Below, in pieces: positions 62,262-64,000 of a stretch of 64,000 bases of DNA. The position numbers were made by a program, and so were the translations under genes. Source of the DNA: Tolypothrix carrinoi HA7290-LM1 (lineage in GTDB: Bacteria > Cyanobacteriota > Cyanobacteriia > Cyanobacteriales > Nostocaceae); the NCBI GenBank assembly GCA_019358935.1, contig JAHHIK010000002.1, positions 64,001 through 128,000 on the forward strand. The letters are read 5' to 3'. Each line of letters begins with the position of its first letter. Position 1 is the first letter of the stretch. The notes below the pieces were generated by a model. The model searched no databases, was not told where the DNA came from, and saw only the letters and a list, made by a program, of their open reading frames with translations.

Positions 62262-64000
62262 CTACCCCCATAAAAATCTTATAAGCCTTCGCAGCCAAGA
62301 GTTGCTAGCACTTATCTTAGCCCGCAAATTTGCCAAATTTTTACGGACAGTAACCGTATTTGGATGATTAACCCCCAAAACCCGCTCACACAGTTCTAAA
62401 GCTTGGATAAACAGCGGTTCGGCTTCACTGTAGCGTCCTTGGGAATCGTAGAGATTAGCCAAGTTGTTCAAGCTGGTGGCAACATCGGGATGTTCTTCTC
62501 CCAGCAGGCGTTTTCGCAGTTCTAAAGCTTGGATATGCAGCGGTTCGGCATCACTGTAGCGTCCTTGGGAATAGTAGAGTCCTGCCAAGTTGTTCAAGCT
62601 GGTGGCAACATCGGGATGTTCTTCTCCCAGCAGGCGTTTTCGCAGTGCTAAAGCTTGGATATGCAGCGGTTCGGCTTCACTGTAGCGTCCTTGGGAATAG
62701 TAGAGTCCTGCCAAGTTGTTCAAGCTCATGGCAACATGGGGATGTTCTTCTCCCAGCAGGGGTTTAGAAAGTGCTAAAGCTTGGATAAACAGCGGTTCGG
62801 CTTCACTGTAGCGTCCTTGGGAATTGTAGAGATTAGCCAAGTTGTTCAAGCGAATGGCTACATCGGGATGTTCTTCTCCCAGCAGGCGTTTAGAAAGTGC
62901 TAAAGCTTGGATATACAGCGGTTCGGCTTCAGTGTAGCGTCCTTGGGAATTGTACAGATAAGCCAAGTTGTTCAAGCTGGTGGCTACATGGGGATGTTCT
63001 TCTCCCAGACTGGCTCTGACTACTTCTACACACTGCTTGAACCAAGGTTCGGCGATCGCATACAAACCCTGTCCATGATAGAATCTGCCCAAACCGACGA
63101 AAACCGAAATTAAATCTTCATCACTCACCGCATCAGTGAGATTTTGTGCCACTTCTGTTAAATGGGGTATGGCATCTTGCACTGACTTGATCTTCTCAAG
63201 GGTGGGTGTGTCGGGTATTTGCTGGGCAACTTTTATAAATACAGCCGCAAAATTTCTTCGGAAGTCATCTGTGTTTTCTAATGCTGCTAACTTTGCCTTG
63301 AGAAATTCCCGAATTAAAGGATGTATTTTGTAGCAAGCTTGTTTCTCTTGCAGGCTTTCAATTAAATAACGCTTGTAAAGTTGCTTTTTGGCTTCGTTAA
63401 TGTCTGATGTACAATTAAGCAAATCAGTTGCAGATTCTACGAATTTCCAAGAAATAACATCTGGGGCAAATAAACTCAAATACGCTCCCACACGCTGGGT
63501 TATCGGCTTGAGTTGTTGCCAGCTTAATTCAAATGCGGCTTTCACCCCTTGCGTTGAAGGGTTTATTGCTTCATCTTCCAGTCGCTGGGCTTTCAGCCTT
63601 TGTAACATCTCTGCTAGAGATAAATCTGGATCTTCGTCTAAATACTGCCGTACTAATTGCAACCCCAAGGGCAGATATCCCAACCATTGGCACAATTTTT
63701 CTGCATCAACTCGTTTTTTACCTTTTAATGGCAGCAATTGCAAAGCTTTATCTGGTGGTAGTACATTCAGAGGTAATTCCTGCACATTGTCGAGGTTTCG
63801 CAAGCGGGTTGTCAGCAATACGCGGAAGCGGTTAGTTGTTGGTAGTAGCGTTTGACAACTTTCCCAATTTTCATCAGTCACATCATCTAATACTACCAAC
63901 ACCAGCTTTTCTGCTGGTTGCCAGTTTTGCCAACACCAGGCTACCTGTTCCTGAAGAGTCAGCAGTCTTTCTCCCTGTTTTTGCGGTACTTCCTGCATGT
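62262..64000 (-). CDS. NB-ARC/STAND NTPase with C-terminal 42-aa TPR repeats (NLR-like), 5'-truncated by the window edge
   Basis: Walker B LVVLDDV, LLTTR sensor, LGYLPLGL (GxP), IHPLIR (MHD-like), five HPxVAxSLNNLAxLYxSQGRY repeats. Walker A is not in the window. Confidence 0.92.
   Translation of the reverse strand, partial: MQEVPQKQGERLLTLQEQVAWCWQNWQPAEKLVLVVLDDVTDENWESCQTLLPTTNRFRVLLTTRLRNLDNVQELPLNVLPPDKALQLLPLKGKKRVDAEKLCQWLGYLPLGLQLVRQYLDEDPDLSLAEMLQRLKAQRLEDEAINPSTQGVKAAFELSWQQLKPITQRVGAYLSLFAPDVISWKFVESATDLLNCTSDINEAKKQLYKRYLIESLQEKQACYKIHPLIREFLKAKLAALENTDDFRRNFAAVFIKVAQQIPDTPTLEKIKSVQDAIPHLTEVAQNLTDAVSDEDLISVFVGLGRFYHGQGLYAIAEPWFKQCVEVVRASLGEEHPHVATSLNNLAYLYNSQGRYTEAEPLYIQALALSKRLLGEEHPDVAIRLNNLANLYNSQGRYSEAEPLFIQALALSKPLLGEEHPHVAMSLNNLAGLYYSQGRYSEAEPLHIQALALRKRLLGEEHPDVATSLNNLAGLYYSQGRYSDAEPLHIQALELRKRLLGEEHPDVATSLNNLANLYDSQGRYSEAEPLFIQALELCERVLGVNHPNTVTVRKNLANLRAKISASNSWLRRLIRFLWG

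Noticed and set aside
62262..64000. Diversity-generating retroelement target
   Set aside because: No reverse transcriptase or template repeat in the window; variation is among in-gene tandem repeats.

Overview
A 64-kb chromosomal segment from a heterocyst-forming (Nostocales-type) cyanobacterium, judged by frequent HIP1 octamers (GCGATCGC), heptamer STRR arrays, GTAG-ended palindromes and hepA/hepC. From left to right: (1) Housekeeping and accessory genes (FAD oxidoreductase 3' end, methyltransferase, ssb, peptide ABC ATPase), two decayed toxin-antitoxin modules, SH3b, TPR and YciI genes, and pheT. (2) A PatA-family regulator divergent from a vWA/PP2C/kinase (TerY-P-type) triad that heads the heterocyst envelope polysaccharide (HEP) island at about 18-47 kb; its hepC-hepA-glycosyltransferase half is on the minus strand and converges on the wzc-like gene. 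(3) lapA-like, scpA, cugP, speA, ndk and a TerC-family gene. (4) A minus-strand defence-island-like block at 55.5-64 kb: a PemK/MazF pair with a nonsense-mutated toxin, a Zorya-like zorA-zorB motor preceded by an unknown 114-aa gene and followed only by a remnant, an unknown nuclease-like/acidic gene pair, a MITE with target duplication, a 21-bp hairpin array, and an NB-ARC-TPR (NLR-like) gene running off the right edge. I saw no rRNA, tRNA, CRISPR array or intact transposase. All calls come from reading motifs by eye and recalled family knowledge; no searches were run.
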